Source: Polyangiaceae bacterium
Lineage (GTDB): Bacteria; Myxococcota_A; Polyangia; Polyangiales; Polyangiaceae
Direction: 5' to 3'
DNA length: 64,000 bases
Assembly: GCA_965222375.1 (NCBI GenBank)
Contig: CBDCTZ010000014.1
Location: forward strand, 640,001 to 704,000
Positions 60,192-64,000 of this stretch are shown here, piece by piece (positions within the stretch are counted from its first letter, which is position 1; each line of letters opens with the position of its first letter). Both the position numbers and the translations under genes were made by a program. Under the pieces are notes generated by a model that saw only the letters and a program-made list of their open reading frames with translations, was not told the DNA's origin and searched no databases.

Positions 60192-60326
60192 CGCGAGTGC
60201 AAGCTAGGCGTTCTGCAGGTAGGTCTTGCCCTTGTGGAAGTACGCCGTGATGGCGAATCCTAACGCGAAACCGCCGTGACGGGTATCCCCACTCGCTGAG
60301 CCGCCGCTGCGGCGGCCGCACAAACT

Positions 60327-60779
60327 CTACTGGGCCAACGACGGCAGCTTCTCGCGAAGCCGCACAGCGAGAGCATCGAAATCGAACTTGTCAGGCCGGT
60401 GACCGTCCGGAAGGCATGCGATATCGAAGGCGGCGGACGCTGCCAGCTGCAGTTTTTCTGGCGGCAAGTCCAGGCGCTGCCCCAAAGCTTTCAGGTGCTT
60501 CAACTCTTCCGCGTTGGTGACGCCATCGAGCTTGGCCAGCCAATTGGCGATGGCGTAGGTGACCGCGCGTTCCCAGCCGGTCATCGCACTGAGTTCTACA
60601 CCCTCGAGCTCCACGCCCTCTTTGGTGGCAGCTTCGACAGCGGTGAGGTCCGCACCTTCGATGCCGCAGGCTTTGGCTGCACGGAGCAATCCGTCGATCT
60701 CGGTTTTCTTCATCCAACCATCCGCCCAGGCAACGCCGGTGATGGCCAGGAATGATTCACGGGGAAGGGTCAGCGCCAT
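60327..60779 (-). CDS. TerB-like protein
   Basis: VAWADG....E and LAKLDG....E motifs. Confidence 0.7.
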   Translation of the reverse strand: MALTLPRESFLAITGVAWADGWMKKTEIDGLLRAAKACGIEGADLTAVEAATKEGVELEGVELSAMTGWERAVTYAIANWLAKLDGVTNAEELKHLKALGQRLDLPPEKLQLAASAAFDIACLPDGHRPDKFDFDALAVRLREKLPSLAQ

Positions 60780-60856
60780 GCGCGCGACGCTAGCATCGCC
60801 TCGTCTCGCGCGCATCAGATCCTGGAGTTTGGGGAGTTTGCGGGATAGTTTCCGGC

Positions 60857-62410
60857 ATGCGCATCGCGGCCCACGCCAGCGGCTCGTCCGTAGACGAGCA
60901 GTTCCTGCGAGACCGGGTGTTCATGTACCTGAAGGTGCTGCTGATCGTGGACGTCGCGTTCCACCTGGTCGGCCTTGCTCTCTTCTTGAGTGGGACGAAG
61001 CCACCGTCTGAGATCGAGCCGCAGCGCGAGGCCATTGCCGCGCTGCGTTGGATAGCCACGGGCTTGCTGGTGACTGCTGTGGTGCTGACTTGGAAGTTCC
61101 GTCCGAATCGGCGCATCTTGGTCGCGATCGAAACGACAGCGACCCTGTTGCTCAGTGCAATCTACGTACATCTTTCCCTGCACCTGCCCTCGGGTGGCCT
61201 GTTGTTCGCCATCTTGATGATCTGTCTGGCGCTCACCCTGCGCGCGGCGGTGGTGCCGAGCCCGGTCGGACGTACTCTCTTGGTCGGCGCACTCGCCGTG
61301 GGCGCCAACGCCACCGTGCTGCACCTGTATGTGAACGTGCCGTGGCTCATGGTCCTGTGGAGCACGATGAGTGGTGTGGCATTCGTGTTCGTCACCATGG
61401 TCACTTCCAAGGTGATCTACGGCTTGCGCCGAGAAGCGCGCGCCGCCGAACGCCTGGGGCAGTACGAGCTCCTGCGCAAGCTCGGCGAGGGCGGAATGGG
61501 GGTGGTGTACGAGGCCACGCACGTACTGCTCAGGCGCCCCACGGCGATCAAGCTACTGCGGGCGGACAAGCTGGGCGAGGCGGCGCTGGCACGCTTCGAA
61601 CTCGAAGTACGCGAGACCAGTCTCCTGGAGCATCCAAGTAGCGTGTACATCTACGACTACGGTCGCACACCGGACGGGCAGTTCTACTACGCCATGGAAT
61701 TCCTCGACGGATTCAACTTGGACGAAGTCGTGGGCATCAGTGGGCCCCTGCCCGAAGCTCGGGTCAGCGCGATCCTGGTTCAAGCAGCCCACGCCCTGGC
61801 AGAAGCCCACGCCAAAGGCATCGTGCACCGCGACGTGAAGCCAGCGAACATCATGCTCTGTGATCGCGGGGGCGTGGCGGATACGGTCAAGGTGCTCGAC
61901 TTCGGCCTGGTCAAACAGTCTGGCCCTGCGGATCAGAGCGCGAAACTCACCCTGGACAATTCGATTGTCGGCACGCCCCACTACATGGCGCCCGAGGCCA
62001 TTCAGTCGCCGGAGGATGTCGGGCCTGCGACGGACATCTACGCTCTTGCTGCGGTGGGCTACTTCTTGGTCACGGGCCGCGAGTTATTTCCTGGGAAATC
62101 GATGATCGAAGTGTGTTCCCAACATTTGACGGCTCAGCCCGAGCCTCTCGACGCTGTCCGGGGCGCACCAGTGCACGTCGGTTTTGCCGAGGTCATCTTG
62201 CGCGGTCTGGAAAAGGACCCCGAGAAGCGTTTTCGAGACGGCGCTGAGTTCGCCTCCGCACTCGAAGCGCTGCAGCTCACCGACTGGAACGCGCAGCAAG
62301 CGCGTGAGTGGTGGCAGGAAAACGCTGGGGCTGTTGCTGCGCCAGAGCGCGAGCTGGAAGCGCAGAGTGAGACGAGACTGACCGTCAACATCCAGGCGCG
62401 GCTTGGGTGA
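60857..62410 (+). CDS. Ser/Thr protein kinase with N-terminal TM region
   Basis: [33 protein letters not shown]. Confidence 0.95.
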   Translation: MRIAAHASGSSVDEQFLRDRVFMYLKVLLIVDVAFHLVGLALFLSGTKPPSEIEPQREAIAALRWIATGLLVTAVVLTWKFRPNRRILVAIETTATLLLSAIYVHLSLHLPSGGLLFAILMICLALTLRAAVVPSPVGRTLLVGALAVGANATVLHLYVNVPWLMVLWSTMSGVAFVFVTMVTSKVIYGLRREARAAERLGQYELLRKLGEGGMGVVYEATHVLLRRPTAIKLLRADKLGEAALARFELEVRETSLLEHPSSVYIYDYGRTPDGQFYYAMEFLDGFNLDEVVGISGPLPEARVSAILVQAAHALAEAHAKGIVHRDVKPANIMLCDRGGVADTVKVLDFGLVKQSGPADQSAKLTLDNSIVGTPHYMAPEAIQSPEDVGPATDIYALAAVGYFLVTGRELFPGKSMIEVCSQHLTAQPEPLDAVRGAPVHVGFAEVILRGLEKDPEKRFRDGAEFASALEALQLTDWNAQQAREWWQENAGAVAAPERELEAQSETRLTVNIQARLG

Positions 62411-62595
62411 CCGAGCGGCGCCGAGTTGCAGCGCGCAAAAAGTGCTGGATCAGGGGTGGCGTTTTCGGGTGTTTAGCCCAAGAATTCTCGGAGTAAATCG
62501 CCTACTTTCAGCGCCCTTCCATTCTCATGAAGCGCCATTTGGAGTAGACGACAAGGCGCCAGCTGAGAAAAACGCGTCAGCTGGGGAGAGAGCTC

Positions 62596-63261
62596 ATGCA
62601 AAAAGCCCTGACTCTGTACGACACGACCATCGGCAAGAAGGCGCTGATGGCTGTGACAGGTGTCGTGCTCTTCGGTTTCGTCATCGGACACATGGTTGGC
62701 AACCTTCAGGTCTTTCTCGGGCCCGAGCAGCTCAATGGCTACGCAAAGAAGCTCAAGGATCTCGGGCCCCTGTTGTGGATCGCGCGCGGGGTGTTGATCG
62801 CGTCAGTCGTTGCTCACATCGTGGTTGCGGTGCAGCTGGTCTTGCGCGCCTCGGCCGCCCGGCCCCAGGGCTACCGGCAGAAGCGCAACACGGCCACGTC
62901 CTACGCCGCTCGCACCATGCGTTACAGCGGTCCGATCCTGGCGCTATTCATCGTCTACCACCTGGCCCACTTCACGGCCCCGGGCGTACCCATGGGTGGC
63001 TACGAGCACAGCCACGTAGACGTGTATGCCAACGTGGTTCAAGCCTTCAGCATCCCTTGGGTCAGTGCCGTCTATATCGTTGCCCAACTGCTACTGGGCT
63101 TTCACCTCTACCATGGTGCTTGGAGCTTGTTTCAGTCCTTGGGACTGTCTCATCCTCGCTACGACGAGAAGAAACGCATGGCTGCGCAGACTCTTGCGAT
63201 GGTGGTCATGTTCGGCAACATCGCCATGCCCGTGGCGGTGCTCGCCGGTGTCGTGAAGTGA
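62596..63261 (+). CDS. sdhC: Succinate dehydrogenase cytochrome b subunit
   Basis: [18 protein letters not shown], conserved TM His residues; upstream of the flavoprotein. Confidence 0.93.
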   Translation: MQKALTLYDTTIGKKALMAVTGVVLFGFVIGHMVGNLQVFLGPEQLNGYAKKLKDLGPLLWIARGVLIASVVAHIVVAVQLVLRASAARPQGYRQKRNTATSYAARTMRYSGPILALFIVYHLAHFTAPGVPMGGYEHSHVDVYANVVQAFSIPWVSAVYIVAQLLLGFHLYHGAWSLFQSLGLSHPRYDEKKRMAAQTLAMVVMFGNIAMPVAVLAGVVK

Positions 63262-63299
63262 GCGACAAAGCGCCAACCGCAGAGATACGAGGAATCAGC

Positions 63300-64000
<701 letters not shown>

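Overview
GC-rich bacterial DNA, most likely from a myxobacterium (Polyangiaceae-like). This is inferred from MYXO-CTERM tails, AgmX/PglI C-terminal domains, Cys-rich repeat lipoproteins and a DUF1592/DUF1552 pair. The flanks (1-2450 and 40737-64000) hold mostly intact core-type genes: SDR, ALDH, creatininase, DUF1592/DUF1552, M23 peptidase, benzoate-CoA ligase, a membrane-anchored ECF sigma, an RlmD-like methyltransferase, a Ser/Thr kinase and sdhCA. Between them lies a ~38-kb accessory region. It is punctuated by 7 co-oriented copies (plus 1 partial) of a ~60-bp motif (GGCCCCGCGCCGGCCCTCGAAGAAACGGTCGATGACGGACTCGKTGGCCCATCCCC). One copy follows the intact DUF1552 gene. Four others are fused to variable-length duplicates of that gene's 3' end, and four copies have IS91-family (HUH/Y2 rolling-circle) leader or transposase sequence on their other side. 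Cargo between the copies includes lipoproteins, gene fragments, htpG, an adenylate cyclase, an Aer2-like receptor, VapBC and ISs. My inference is a polarised, ISCR-like gene-capture array anchored on DUF1552. The best-preserved IS91 transposase is itself split by a 2.6-kb large-serine-recombinase element whose att site can be rebuilt. All calls come from reading motifs by eye; no searches were run.
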